The notes: generated by a model from the sequence alone, not told the origin. Counted from the first letter of the stretch, positions 1 to 10,296 are shown. The stretch: 64,000 nucleotides of DNA from Alphaproteobacteria bacterium (GCA_965243135.1 OZ251539.1:2689812-2753811), one strand, 5' to 3'. Program-made: numbers and translations.

Positions 1-581
1 ACGCGGAACGCCTCGCCCGGCACGCCGATCTGACCCGCGACGTGCGAGTCGGCGCGCTTGCCGGCACGACCGGGGAATACCGCCTGCTCGAGCTGACGGG
101 CCTGGTCGATGCCGACGGCGTTCTGATCGCCGGCGCGCGCGTCGATACGCCGAACGGCGCGGTGGTCGCCGACGGCGGCGGGGAGTATTTCGTCAGGGCG
201 GCGGGAGCGTCGCCGAGCCTGGCCGACCGGCGGCGCATCGATCCGCCGTCCGATTCCATGCCTCAAGTGATCTATCTCGGTTCGGAAGCCGGCGAAGCCG
301 AACTCCTCGCGGCCCTGCGCGCCGGCCGGATAGATGCGGTGGCGAGGGGAGAAATCGGAAATCGCGAAGCCGCGTCCGGCGGCGACCTCGCCGTCACGGC
401 TCTCGATTCCAAGGCCGAGCGCGGCGGCTTTGCGCTCGCCGTGAAGGACGCGGCGCTGGTCGCCTGCCTCGACCGCTTCGTCGGCTGGCTGACCGACGGA
501 GGACGCATCGGCTTCGCCGAGTGGCACGAGAACCGGTCGGTCTTCATGTCGCGCGCCGAAAAGTGGAACCGGAGCCGCTGA
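1..581 (+). CDS. 5'-truncated gene for a periplasmic substrate-binding-domain protein (SBP family 3 / MltF-like); only the C-terminal ~190 aa lie in the window
   Basis: Open frame 3 runs from the window edge to a stop at 581; translation has SBP-like composition (GSEAGEAELLAAL..IDAV...). Weak family assignment. Confidence 0.4.
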   Translation, partial: AERLARHADLTRDVRVGALAGTTGEYRLLELTGLVDADGVLIAGARVDTPNGAVVADGGGEYFVRAAGASPSLADRRRIDPPSDSMPQVIYLGSEAGEAELLAALRAGRIDAVARGEIGNREAASGGDLAVTALDSKAERGGFALAVKDAALVACLDRFVGWLTDGGRIGFAEWHENRSVFMSRAEKWNRSR

Positions 582-612
582 CGGGCCGCCGGAAACGCCG
601 ACCGGCGCGCGC

Positions 613-1833
613 TTATTTTCCGGACATGTTCGCGATTTCCCGGCGGAACCTGTGGCGGAGCGCAAGGCTCCAGGCGAAGGCGGCGAGAATGGCCGCCGCC
701 GCGATCGCCACCGGCCATCGAAACCCGACGAAATCCGAGACGGCTCCCATGATGAACGCGCCGACGGCGGGCGTGCCCAGCCACAGGATGCCGTAGAGGC
801 TGACGACGCGTCCCCGAATCGAGTCCGGGACTTCTGCCTGAACGAGCGATTGCACGATGATTCCGCAGGCGTTGAGCAGGAAGCCCCAGACCACGAAAAC
901 GGCGGCGGCCGCCGCGATGTCGGGCGCGGCGGCGAAAGCGGTCTGCGTGACGAAGAGCAGGAAGAGCGAAGCGATCAGTATGTCGCCGAGACCGCGCAGG
1001 CGGCCGCGGCGCGACAGCCAGATTCCGGACAGCAACGACCCGAACCCGGCGCCGGCCGTCAGCAGCGCGAGGCCGTCGGCGTCCATTCCGAAGACCGCGC
1101 CGGCGAAGCCGGGCAACAGTTCGGCGACGGCGCGGCCGAAGAACGATACGCCGAAAAGGAGCACGAGCAGGGGGCCGATCAGTCGATGTCCGGCGACATG
1201 CCGGACTCCTTCGAGGATTTCCGACGGAACGTCCATGAGGGACTTCTTCCCGGAAATCTGCTGGCGGGCGACGATCAGGTACAGTCCTGCGAGCATCGGA
1301 ACGTAGCTCAGCGCATTGACGACGAACGTCACGCCGACTCCGAAGTAAAGAATGATCGCGGCGGAGATCGCCGGGCCGATCATGCGGGAGCTGTTCCAGA
1401 TGGTCGAATTGATTCCGATGGCGGCGGCGATCTCCCGCCTGTCGACGATGGTGCCGATCAGCGCCTGCCGGAACGGCTGATGAATTCCCTGCAGGGAACC
1501 CTGAATCAACGCGAAGCAGAACAGCCGTTCGATCGTCATCCAGCCGGCAAGGGTGAACAGGGCGAGTCCGGTCGCCTGAAGCATGTGGGCGTACTGGACG
1601 AAGCGCACCGCCTTCAGCCTGTCGACCCGGTCCGCGAACGCCCCCGCGATCGGCGCGACGACGACCGTCGGCGCGAGATCGGCGAAAGCCACCAGGCCCA
1701 GCCAGGTTCCCGAGCCGGTCAGCTCCCAAGCGAACCAGCCGACCGCCATGCGCTGAACCCACGTGCCGATCAGCGACGGAATCGCGCAAATGGTGTAAAT
1801 GCGGTAATTGCGGTTGGCCATCGCGACGGCCAT
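613..1833 (-). CDS. MFS transporter (EntS / MFS_3-like exporter), ~407 aa
   Basis: C-terminal 407 aa of the 766-aa minus-strand ORF has 12-TMS MFS-like hydropathy with conserved G/P-rich loops. ATG at 1833 (MAVAMANRNYRIY...). The upstream part of the ORF is Arg-rich nonsense. Confidence 0.75.
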   Translation of the reverse strand: MAVAMANRNYRIYTICAIPSLIGTWVQRMAVGWFAWELTGSGTWLGLVAFADLAPTVVVAPIAGAFADRVDRLKAVRFVQYAHMLQATGLALFTLAGWMTIERLFCFALIQGSLQGIHQPFRQALIGTIVDRREIAAAIGINSTIWNSSRMIGPAISAAIILYFGVGVTFVVNALSYVPMLAGLYLIVARQQISGKKSLMDVPSEILEGVRHVAGHRLIGPLLVLLFGVSFFGRAVAELLPGFAGAVFGMDADGLALLTAGAGFGSLLSGIWLSRRGRLRGLGDILIASLFLLFVTQTAFAAAPDIAAAAAVFVVWGFLLNACGIIVQSLVQAEVPDSIRGRVVSLYGILWLGTPAVGAFIMGAVSDFVGFRWPVAIAAAAILAAFAWSLALRHRFRREIANMSGK

Positions 1834-1895
1834 GCCGCCGAGCCAGGACGGCTTCCCCCGCGCTGCGACGCCCGGCGCGGACCTTCCGCGGCCGG

Positions 1896-3362
1896 CTAGA
1901 AGATTCCGAAGTATTCCCGGTGCTCCCAGTCCGTGACCGTCGACAGGAAACGCGCGATCTCGGCTTGCTTGATGGTGACGATGTAGTCGACAAAGCGGTC
2001 GCCCATCGTTTCCCGAAACAGGCCGCTGTCGCGCAACGCATCGACCGCTTCCATCAAACTGCCCGGCAACGGCTCTCCTTCGGCGTCGTAAGGCGTGTCG
2101 GTGGCGGCGGACGGTTCGAGATCGTTCGCGATGCCGTCCAGGCCCGACAGCAATTGCGACGCGAAATACAGATAGGGATTCGCGGCAGGTTCGCCGACCC
2201 GGTTTTCGATCCGCGATCCCCGGTCGTCGGGAGCGGCGAGGACCCGGATCATGGCGCCGCGATTGTCTTTCGACCAGACCGCGCGGTCCGGCGCCAGCGA
2301 GTGGGGCCGGAACCTTTTGTAGCCGTTGATCGTCGGCGTCGTGAAAACCGAGGCCGCGCGGGCGTGCCGCAGCAGCCCCGCGACGAACCGCCGGCCGGTT
2401 CGCGAAAGCGCCTCGCCGTTTTCCGGCATGAAAGCGTTGGTCCCGGTTTCGCGTTCGAGCAACGACTGGTGAAGATGCCAGCCGCTGGAAAACAAGTTGG
2501 GAAGCCCCGGCCTGCACATGAAGGTCGCGTGCAGCCGGTTGCGCCGCGCGATCTGCTTGACGGCGCTCCGGAACAGCACCATCAGGTCGGCCGACTCCAG
2601 GCCCGCGGCCGGACGAAACGTCGCTTCGACCTGGCACGGCCCGAATTCCACCTCCATCGACCGCAACGGCATGCCCAGTTCGATCAGGTTGCCGCGCAGA
2701 ATTTCCAGCGCGGGGTCGAGTTCGTCCGCCCGCTGCTCGGTGAGGTACTGAAATCCGTGGGCAAGCAGGCCGACATCGGGCGGCGTTCCCGGCTGGGTAG
2801 CGTGTTCGGGCGAAAGCTTCGGATCTTCGAGCATGAACAAATGGAATTCCACCTCGAGTCCCGCGACGTAGTCGTAGCCCGCCTCCGCCGCCCGCCGGAC
2901 GGCGTCGCGGCACAGCGCGCGGGTGGAAAACGGCACGGGCGTCCCGTCGGGGAAGTAGATGTCACACAGCATCCAGCCCGTGGACTGCGCCCATGGCAAC
3001 GTCCTGAACGTCGAAGGGTCGGGAACCATCACGAAGTCGCCGCCGCCGGTCATTTCTTCCATGTCGAATCCGCCCCCGGCGGCGAACACGGGGTAGACCG
3101 TCCTGTGCGACGTGTCCTTGGCGAGCAAGGTGGTCGTCATGGTGCAGCCGTTGCGCATGGCGCCCGCCGCTTCTCCGGCCATCAGCGTCTTGCCGCGGAG
3201 TATTCCATGCTGGTCGGCGAAGGAGAGGCGGACGACGTCGAGTTCGTTGCGCTCGATTCGTTTCAGGACGTCGGCGCCCGCCAGATGGTCGTCGTCGCTC
3301 CAGAGTCCGTGACGTTCGACGAGCCCGTCCCTTCCGCCTTCGATCACAGCGGCGCGGCCCAT
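1896..3362 (-). CDS. Glutamine synthetase family protein (GS-like gamma-glutamyl ligase, type I fold)
   Basis: Translation carries the GS catalytic-domain hallmarks (LEVEFHLF, GWHLHQSL, NRGAMIRV, NPYLYFA). ATG at 3362 (MGRAAVIEG). The upstream part of the 844-aa ORF belongs to the overlapping Rieske gene region. Confidence 0.8.
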   Translation of the reverse strand: MGRAAVIEGGRDGLVERHGLWSDDDHLAGADVLKRIERNELDVVRLSFADQHGILRGKTLMAGEAAGAMRNGCTMTTTLLAKDTSHRTVYPVFAAGGGFDMEEMTGGGDFVMVPDPSTFRTLPWAQSTGWMLCDIYFPDGTPVPFSTRALCRDAVRRAAEAGYDYVAGLEVEFHLFMLEDPKLSPEHATQPGTPPDVGLLAHGFQYLTEQRADELDPALEILRGNLIELGMPLRSMEVEFGPCQVEATFRPAAGLESADLMVLFRSAVKQIARRNRLHATFMCRPGLPNLFSSGWHLHQSLLERETGTNAFMPENGEALSRTGRRFVAGLLRHARAASVFTTPTINGYKRFRPHSLAPDRAVWSKDNRGAMIRVLAAPDDRGSRIENRVGEPAANPYLYFASQLLSGLDGIANDLEPSAATDTPYDAEGEPLPGSLMEAVDALRDSGLFRETMGDRFVDYIVTIKQAEIARFLSTVTDWEHREYFGIF

Positions 3363-4612
3363 GCCGACCGTTCGCGCCGGAGCGCTTCGGCGGCCTTCCA
3401 TGCCCGCTCCCAGCCGTTCGCCGGCGCTATCGTATCGATCGCCGCCGGGCCCTTTTCGCCGTTCGGCGGCGGCGGCCCGTCGCCGAGCGCCCGGATCAGC
3501 CTGCGGCGGTAGGCGGCGATGCCCTTGTCCGAAGCGCCGAGATGTTCCTTCGTGCGGTCGTAAATCGGTCCGGGAGCCTCGACCGCCCACTGGTCGTGAA
3601 CGTTGATGTCGAAGCCCATGCCCGTAAAGGTGCGCTCCCGCTGTTCTTCGGGATCGAATCCGTATTCGTTGGACCGGTTCTTGCGGGACCGGTAATCGGG
3701 AAGCGTGTAAAGTTCCAGCCGTTGGGCGCGCATGAGGTCGCGTTTCACTTCGGTCTCGAACGCCGTGAAGATCGCGTACCACCAGCAATGCGTATCGTCG
3801 ACGGGAACATGCCATTGGGTGATGTTCATGTCGTTCGACATGGGAATGACGATGGCGTTGGGGAACAATTGGTTCGTGACGCGCACGTGCAACCGCCCGT
3901 CGCCGATTCTGCGGAGCGCGGTCAATCGGAGGCCGTAGCCGGTATCGTCCACGCGGATTTCGGGGCAGGGATGCTCCCGCAGGAGCCGGGTGACCGGAAC
4001 GTCTTCCGTTTCGTCGCCGAACTGCCGACCGTAGTCCTCTTCCCGATCCTCGAAGAAACGGTGGAGAAACGAGGCATGCGCGGGATCGATTCCCACTTCC
4101 AGGGCCTGCAACCAGTTGCACTCCATGAAGCCCTTGAAGGCGAAGGCGAACGCTTCGGGCGCGGCGAAGCAGTCGAACTCCGGGAGTTCGGGCGGGTCGC
4201 CGTTCCCGAGCCAGGCGAACACGATTCCGTTGCGCTCGACGCAGGGGTAGGCGACATGTCGGATTTTTTCCCGGAATCGGCTGCCCGGCGGTTCGGCCGG
4301 CTGCTCCAAGCACCGGCCTGCGGAATCGAACAGCCAGCCGTGGAACGTGCAGCGCAATCCTCCGTCCTCGAGTCGGCCGTAGCGGAGGTCTGCGCCCCGG
4401 TGCGGGCATCGCCGGCCGACCAGGGCGCATTCGCCGGCTTCGTCGCGGAAGAGGACCAGATCCTCGCCCATAAGCCGCACCGGCTTCACCGGGCGGTCGC
4501 CATCCAGTTCCTCGGTCAACGCCGCCGGTTGCCAGTAGCCGCGCATGAGCGAACCGCAGGCCGTTCCCGGCCCCGTTCGGGTCACCAGTTCGTTGTCTGC
4601 CTTGCTAAGCAT
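3344..4612 (-). CDS. Rieske (2Fe-2S) non-heme iron oxygenase alpha subunit (alpha-only type, GbcA/CntA-like)
   Basis: Rieske motif CPHRGADLRYG...CTFHGW; the C-terminal catalytic domain has mononuclear-iron ligands. ATG at 4612. No beta subunit gene adjacent. Confidence 0.8.
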   Translation of the reverse strand: MLSKADNELVTRTGPGTACGSLMRGYWQPAALTEELDGDRPVKPVRLMGEDLVLFRDEAGECALVGRRCPHRGADLRYGRLEDGGLRCTFHGWLFDSAGRCLEQPAEPPGSRFREKIRHVAYPCVERNGIVFAWLGNGDPPELPEFDCFAAPEAFAFAFKGFMECNWLQALEVGIDPAHASFLHRFFEDREEDYGRQFGDETEDVPVTRLLREHPCPEIRVDDTGYGLRLTALRRIGDGRLHVRVTNQLFPNAIVIPMSNDMNITQWHVPVDDTHCWWYAIFTAFETEVKRDLMRAQRLELYTLPDYRSRKNRSNEYGFDPEEQRERTFTGMGFDINVHDQWAVEAPGPIYDRTKEHLGASDKGIAAYRRRLIRALGDGPPPPNGEKGPAAIDTIAPANGWERAWKAAEALRRERSAWAAPL

Positions 4613-5129
4613 TCGGGGATTCTAACTGCATACCTCGCCGGATCCAATCCGAGGCGTCCGCGCCTCGCGATTTTCGCCGGGCCGCCCGTCTCGCCGCGCC
4701 GCTGGTCCGAACGCGGTCGCGCCGTCTTGGGAAAGCGCCCGCAGGCGACCGCCTGTTCGACCTTTTCCGCCAATCTTGCGAGCCGTTCGCTTGCGAGGAG
4801 CGCGAACAGGCGGCTGCGGGGAGAGTTCAGGCTTTTCCGGGAGGATTCGCGCCACATCGCCGCGTCGTCCGCAGCCATCGGGCCGCGGCTGCGGGATTTC
4901 AAGCGCGAATCCGAGCGGCGCGGCGAAACGGAAACGGTCGCAGAAGTCGAGATACTCCGTCCGGTCCGCGCGAATATCCTCGACAGCGCTCTTGACCTCG
5001 ACGATCATGAACTCGCCCTCCAGCCCCGAGACGTCACCGCGGCGGCCGTTGGGCGCTCGGTCGGCGTTCCCGGTCCGCGGCGCCGAGCGCGACGAGGGAC
5101 GTGGTTTCGGACGCCGGCCCGGCGAGCGG

Positions 5130-5444
5130 TCAATCGCCCTCCGCGGTGGCGGGCGCCGCCGCCGGATTCCATTGTCCGCGCCGCATTCGCGAAATAACGT
5201 ATCGGCTGAACAATCCGGCCTTGCGGAACGGTTCGTCCGCTGCGAACGCGTCGGCGGCGGCGCGAGACGGGACGTTGACGATCAACAGGCTTCCCGTCCG
5301 CGCGTCGCTGTCGTCGGCAAGCGTCGCGCCGCCCAGGACGAGGATATCCTCGTGCCTGGCGAGATAGTCGAAATGAGCTTGCCGGTTTTCTGCGCGAATG
5401 CGGTTGGCGTCGGGCCCGTCGACGCCATGGATCACGTAAAGCAC
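5130..5444 (-). CDS. YciI-like family protein (104 aa)
   Basis: Size and sequence (MLYVIHGVDGPDANRIRAENRQAHFDYL...) match the YCII-related domain. Confidence 0.65.
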   Translation of the reverse strand: MLYVIHGVDGPDANRIRAENRQAHFDYLARHEDILVLGGATLADDSDARTGSLLIVNVPSRAAADAFAADEPFRKAGLFSRYVISRMRRGQWNPAAAPATAEGD

Positions 5445-5462
5445 GCCGCATCTCCGGGCGCT

Positions 5463-6465
5463 TCAGGCGCCGCGCATGAGCTTCAGGATCTCGGTGGCGG
5501 GAATGCCGTTCTCTTGCCATTCGGCCACGACTTCCCGTTCGAGCTTGGCAAGCATCGACAGCGCCTTGCGCACCTCCGCGTCCGGAAGCCTGACGAGATT
5601 GTGGGCGTCTGAGGCGGCCAGAAAGGCCATGCCCTTGGCGTGTTCGGCATCGTAAATTTTTCCTCCGGTCTCGCCCCAGTTGCTGCCGACCGACTTCTCG
5701 ATGATGTCGCGATGCGCCGGCGACAGCTCGTTCCAGCTTTGCTTGTTCATCACGATGAACATGGGCGAGGAGCCGAACGGGATCCCGCTCGCGAAGTGAC
5801 GGGTCACTTCCTTGATCTTGAAAGTGTGCAGAACCGTCGGGGAGACGAGCACGCCGTCCACGGTTCCCCGGGCGAGGGCGTTGTAGAGCTTGGTGATCGG
5901 CATGGGCACCGGCACGGCGCCGAGGGCCTTGATCGACCGCGCAGACATCTGCGAGGGAGTGCGGAGCTTGAGGCCCTTGAGATCGGCGACCGTCTTGATC
6001 GGCTTGTTCCTGGTCATGATGATCGGCGGATCGATAGCCCAAAGCGCCAGCACCTTGACCTGTTCGTATTCCTTGCGGAGCGCGGGGGACTGGGCGTAGG
6101 CCGCGTTGAGGCGGCGGGTGCCGTCCTGCGCGCTGCCCATGACGTTGGAAAGTTCCACCAGGGTCGTGGCCCGGAACAGTTTCGAAGTGTAGCCCTGCAG
6201 GCCGAAAGAGATGTCGGCGACGCGGTCGAGCGCGCGCTTGAACTGCTTGGCCGGGCCCTTGCCCAGCTTGCCGGCCACGAACAGCTTCACCTGAAGACCG
6301 GCGTTCATCGCGTTGATGTCTTTCGCCCACGGCGAAATCATGCGCGCGTTTACAGGGTGCTTCGGTCCGGTAAACGACGCGACTTTGAGTTCCGCGGCAT
6401 CTGCCTGAGGCACTGCGAGCAGGCCGACTGCCGCGGTCAGAACGAGAGAAGTGCGCTTCATCATC
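5463..6465 (-). CDS. dctP: TRAP transporter substrate-binding protein, DctP family
   Basis: Signal peptide MMKRTSLVLTAAVGLLAVPQADA followed by a DctP-like domain. ATG at 6465 with AGGAGG RBS 7 nt upstream. Confidence 0.85.
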
Positions 6466-6844
6466 AGGGTGTCCTCCTGCCGGTGCGTTATGATCGCGAT
6501 TGTGGAACAGGATTGGCGCGTCGTCAATCTTGAGGCGTCTGCACTGCGCCCTTTTTCGGGGCCGCCGCCCGGACGCGGGCATGTTCCGTCGAGAGAGCGC
6601 CGGGCGGTCGAGCAGCGGTGGAACGGCAATGGACCTGCAGCGTCGCTCCGCCCGCCCGTCGGCAGGGTCGCGAGGACGGCCGATCGTCAGAAAAGAAACG
6701 AATGTCCGGCCGCTGCGCGCAGCACAGCGGACTTGGGCCTGACCGCATCCCGAGCGCAGGCGGTCAGGGGGAAAGCGGTCGAACGACCGCAGCGATCCAC
6801 TGCGCAGTTTTACCGGGCCCGCCGGCGCCTGAGGGCGGGAGCGA

Positions 6845-8158
6845 TCAATCGAAAGATTCGATCATCGTGTTGGGCAGGAACAGGGCCAGCTCGGGGACCG
6901 CCAGAAGAAAAAGCAGGCAAAGGGCCATTGCGATCCAGAACGGGACGATCCCGATGAAGATCTCCTTCAGCGGCACGTCTTCCGCGATGCCCTTCACGAC
7001 GAACACGTTGACGCCCACCGGCGGGCTGATCAGCCCCATCTCGATCACGATCACGACCACGACGCCGAACCAGATGGAGTCGTACCCGAGCTCGACGATC
7101 AGCGGATGCACGATGGGCAGCGTCAACACCAGCATCGCGAAACCCTCGAGGAAGGTTCCCAGAATCATGTAGGCGGCCATGATGATCAGCATGATCGCCG
7201 TGCGCGGAAGCTCCGCGTCGATCAGCAGCGCGGCGAGATCGGAAGGAATTTCCGTCAGCGCCATGAACGGGTTGAAGACGTGCGCGCCGATCAGGATGAA
7301 GAAGGCGAGACCGGTCGTGCGGATCGTCTGCAGCAGGACCCTGGACATCGAATCCGCGTTCACCCGTCTGCGCGTCAGAGCCAGAACGAAGGCCAGCATC
7401 GCGCCGACGGCGGCAGCTTCGGTCGGCGTGAAGACGCCGGTATAGATGCCGCCGATGGTAATCAACACGATAAGGATCATCGGTCCCGCCTGGGCGAGCG
7501 AGGACACCCGTTGACCGCCGGTGGACCGTGGGCCGGCCGGACCGAGACCTGGGTTGATCCGGGTCATTATCGCGATCGAAATCATGAACAGCGTCGTCAG
7601 CAGCAGGCCCGGAACGACTCCCGCGAGAAACAGCCGCCCGATCGATTCCTCGACCAGGATGGCGTAGATGATGAAGCCCGTGCTCGGCGGGATGAGGATG
7701 CCGAGGGTGCCGCCGGCGGCGATGGCTCCGGTCGCGAGGCGGCTGGAGTAATTGTAGCGCCGCATCTCCGGCAGCGCGACGCGGCCCATCGTCACGGCCG
7801 AGGCCACGGACGAGCCCGACAAGGCGGCGAAGCCGGCGCAGGCGGCGATGGTCGCAGAAGCCAGCCCGCCGCGCCAGTGGCCCAGACAGGAATAGGCCGC
7901 CGCGTAGAGGTCGCGGCTCATCCCGGATATCGAGGCGAAATTGCCCATGAGGATGAAGAGCGGAATCACGATGAATTCGTAGTTCGACACGATGACCCAC
8001 GCTTCGTCGGCCAGCGTCGACATCGCCGCGTTCCAGCTGTTGAGCGCCCAGATGCCGGCGACGCCCAACAGCGTCATCACGATCGCCACCGGCATGCGCA
8101 GACCGAGCAGCGCGAACAGGGCGAGCAGCCCCAGGATCCCGACCCAAGTGGGACTCAT
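6845..8158 (-). CDS. dctM: TRAP transporter large permease, DctM family
   Basis: 437-aa polytopic membrane protein with typical DctM motifs (GILIPPS, ISPPVGVNVFV). Confidence 0.9.
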   Translation of the reverse strand: MSPTWVGILGLLALFALLGLRMPVAIVMTLLGVAGIWALNSWNAAMSTLADEAWVIVSNYEFIVIPLFILMGNFASISGMSRDLYAAAYSCLGHWRGGLASATIAACAGFAALSGSSVASAVTMGRVALPEMRRYNYSSRLATGAIAAGGTLGILIPPSTGFIIYAILVEESIGRLFLAGVVPGLLLTTLFMISIAIMTRINPGLGPAGPRSTGGQRVSSLAQAGPMILIVLITIGGIYTGVFTPTEAAAVGAMLAFVLALTRRRVNADSMSRVLLQTIRTTGLAFFILIGAHVFNPFMALTEIPSDLAALLIDAELPRTAIMLIIMAAYMILGTFLEGFAMLVLTLPIVHPLIVELGYDSIWFGVVVVIVIEMGLISPPVGVNVFVVKGIAEDVPLKEIFIGIVPFWIAMALCLLFLLAVPELALFLPNTMIESFD

Positions 8159-8162
8159 GCGT

Positions 8163-8681
8163 TCATGGCGGCGGCGCGTCTGCCTCGCCGCGCCAGGCGC
8201 GCAGCGCCATCACGAAAAACGTCAGGGCGAATACGGCGCTGCCGGCAATCATGACGGCGATGAACGGGGAGTGCGGGATTTCGATCAATTCCGTCGCTTC
8301 GCCGATTTCCATCGCGTCGCCTAACAGGACGATGCAGCGCCAAGTCAAGAGCGCCACCAGCAGCGAAGAAAGGATCCGCATCGTCACGTCCGTCCAGCGG
8401 GTGAGATTGGGGCGTCCGAGTCCGGAAATCACGTCGACGGCGATATGCCCGCCGGTCCAGCCGCAGTAAGCGAAACCGAGGAACGCCACCGGCACGAGGC
8501 TGACCGAGGCGAGGTCCGTTCCGCCCAGCGGGGGCGCGTTGAAAACGCGGCGCATCAGGACCGAATAGCAGACGAGCGCCATCAGCCACATCAAGGCGAC
8601 GCCTGCGACGATCGCCATCGCCTTGACCGAGCGGTCGAGCGCCTTTTCGGCCCCGGTAAATTCTACGGTATCCCGCTCCAT
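8163..8681 (-). CDS. dctQ: TRAP transporter small permease, DctQ family
   Basis: 172-aa, 4-TMS protein immediately upstream of dctM with 4-nt spacing; operon order dctQ-dctM-(380 nt)-dctP. Confidence 0.8.
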   Translation of the reverse strand: MERDTVEFTGAEKALDRSVKAMAIVAGVALMWLMALVCYSVLMRRVFNAPPLGGTDLASVSLVPVAFLGFAYCGWTGGHIAVDVISGLGRPNLTRWTDVTMRILSSLLVALLTWRCIVLLGDAMEIGEATELIEIPHSPFIAVMIAGSAVFALTFFVMALRAWRGEADAPPP

Positions 8682-8750
8682 CCCGCTCCCCGCTTCGCCC
8701 GGCGACGGACTTGCCGTCCGGCCGGCAGGGTTCGCGCGCCGTTCGAGAGG

Positions 8751-8827
8751 TGGCGCACCCGACAGGATTCGAACCTGTGACCTCTGGCTTCGGAGGCCAG
8801 CGCTCTATCCGGCTGAGCTACGGGTGC
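8751..8827 (-). tRNA. tRNA-Arg (anticodon CCG)
   Basis: Minus-strand read GCACCCGTAGCTCAGCCGGATAGAGCGCTGGCCTCCGAAGCCAGAGGTCACAGGTTCGAATCCTGTCGGGTGCGCCA gives a cloverleaf with anticodon loop CUCCGAA and encoded CCA. Near-identical to E. coli tRNA-Arg(CCG). Confidence 0.85.
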
Positions 8828-9030
8828 GATGCGCCGTTCCGCCGCCATTGATAGCACGGAGCAGGATTCGCGGCAAGCGCTCGCGCGAGGAAGCGACGCC
8901 CAGCACCTGCGGCTCTCCGCCGATTTCCTTCCGTTTCGGCGTTCTTGCGCGGGCATTCCCAGATGGGGAAGGCGGTTCGCGGTCGCAGTTCCGACGGCGT
9001 CCCGCAACGGGACGCCGCCCGGACCGCCCT

Positions 9031-9315
9031 CTACTCCTTGGCGCGTTCGATGATCACCCTGCCCCGTCCGCGCCGAATGTGGTAACCGCCGCGCGGAATT
9101 CGCAACTTGCCTTCTTCGACCATAGGCGTGAGGGCGGCGGTGAGCACCGCGACGCCCGGGTCCTCGGGAGCCTCTTTGCTCTGCTGCCCCATCCATTTCC
9201 CGAACGCGTCGTCGGCGATATCCGGTCCGAGCGATTTCCTCAGAGCGGTGAGTTTACGTAGCTGACCTTTCGTCAGTTGGCTTTCGTCGAAGCTTGTCAT
9301 CGATCCTCTTTCCAT
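9031..9315 (-). CDS. Hypothetical small protein (94 aa)
   Basis: Only coherent ORF in the interval, with protein-like composition (MERGSMTSFDESQLTKGQLRKLTALRKSLGPDIADDAFGKWMG...). No family recognised. Confidence 0.35.
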   Translation of the reverse strand: MERGSMTSFDESQLTKGQLRKLTALRKSLGPDIADDAFGKWMGQQSKEAPEDPGVAVLTAALTPMVEEGKLRIPRGGYHIRRGRGRVIIERAKE

Positions 9316-10296
9316 TGTTTATGTCCCCGAGGGGACGAACGCAACGACGCGAATCTAGTGCAATCCGGAGTCGAAAGTCAACGGGCGTTTCGAATCTTTA
9401 TCGGGAATTTTTTCGGCAGAGAAGCGACGCATCGGCGGCGAACGGCCGGGCGAGGCCCAATCGCCGCTCGTCCGTTCTACGCGCCGACGGGCAGTTGCGA
9501 GACGGAAACCGAATCGGAACAGGCGTTCGCGACTCCGGCCCGCAACCGCTGCGGCGTGGAAAATCGTCGCCGTCCATCGTGGAACGCAGGCGCGAATCGA
9601 CATTGGTTCGGCATTGGCTCAAACGGGCGAACGCTTTCCGGATTTTCGCTTGCAGTCGTCCGTTAAGCGGTCTCCTCGCGCCTCCGCCGTAGCCGCCTCG
9701 GTTCGTTCGTCCGAACGTCGCTTTGTCTTCCGATGCATGCAAGCGTACAGGGCGCAATCTCCATGCGTTCGGAGGCATTGTTCCTGGCGGAAAAGGCGTT
9801 CGTTCCGTCAGCAACGAAACGTCGTTGTATTTTCGTCGGATCGCAAGAATTTGCGCGAAAAGCGACGGCTTCTCCCCTCTGCGGTCGGCGAAGCCACCGA
9901 ATCCGCGTCGATCCGGAGCTCGTTCGAGCTGCCGGGGATTTTCTGGAACGCTCGCCGCAGCCGCCGTTTTCGGCTCGAGCCTGCCGTCCGCGCCGCTGTC
10001 CCCGGAAAACGAGCGCTACGTTGCCAAGAACTGCGCGACGGACGGCCGTTGGCCGACAATCCCGACAGCCATTTCGAACGCGGCGGGCCGAATTTTTTTG
10101 CGCGTTGCGGCGCGACGCGCCGGCATTTCGTTGCGCGACGAAGCGCGGGCCTCGGGCTTCGCGCGTTCGGCGTTCGAACCGCGCGCATTCGAAGCAGGGC
10201 TTCGGCGGACGACTTCCCGTCGGCATTCCGCGCAGTTGCGGTCGGAGAGAGGCGAACTTCCCGAAAGCGGCCGGCCCGCGGCGCGCAGGGAAACTC

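Noticed and set aside
272-2041. 589-aa minus-strand ORF (and the 652-1899 and 857-1306 plus-strand ORFs) overlapping the MFS gene
   Set aside because: Alternate-frame or antisense ORFs typical of 68% GC DNA; translations are Arg/Pro/Ala-rich with no domain, whereas the 613-1833 frame gives a coherent MFS protein.
1920-3512. 530-aa plus-strand ORF antisense to the GS-like gene
   Set aside because: Antisense artefact; low-complexity translation.
4622-5008. 128-aa minus-strand ORF between the Rieske gene and yciI (plus overlapping 4582-4902)
   Set aside because: Only the first ~40 residues look protein-like, then Arg/Gly-rich; no RBS or homology recognised. Possibly a decayed gene or leader; not annotated.
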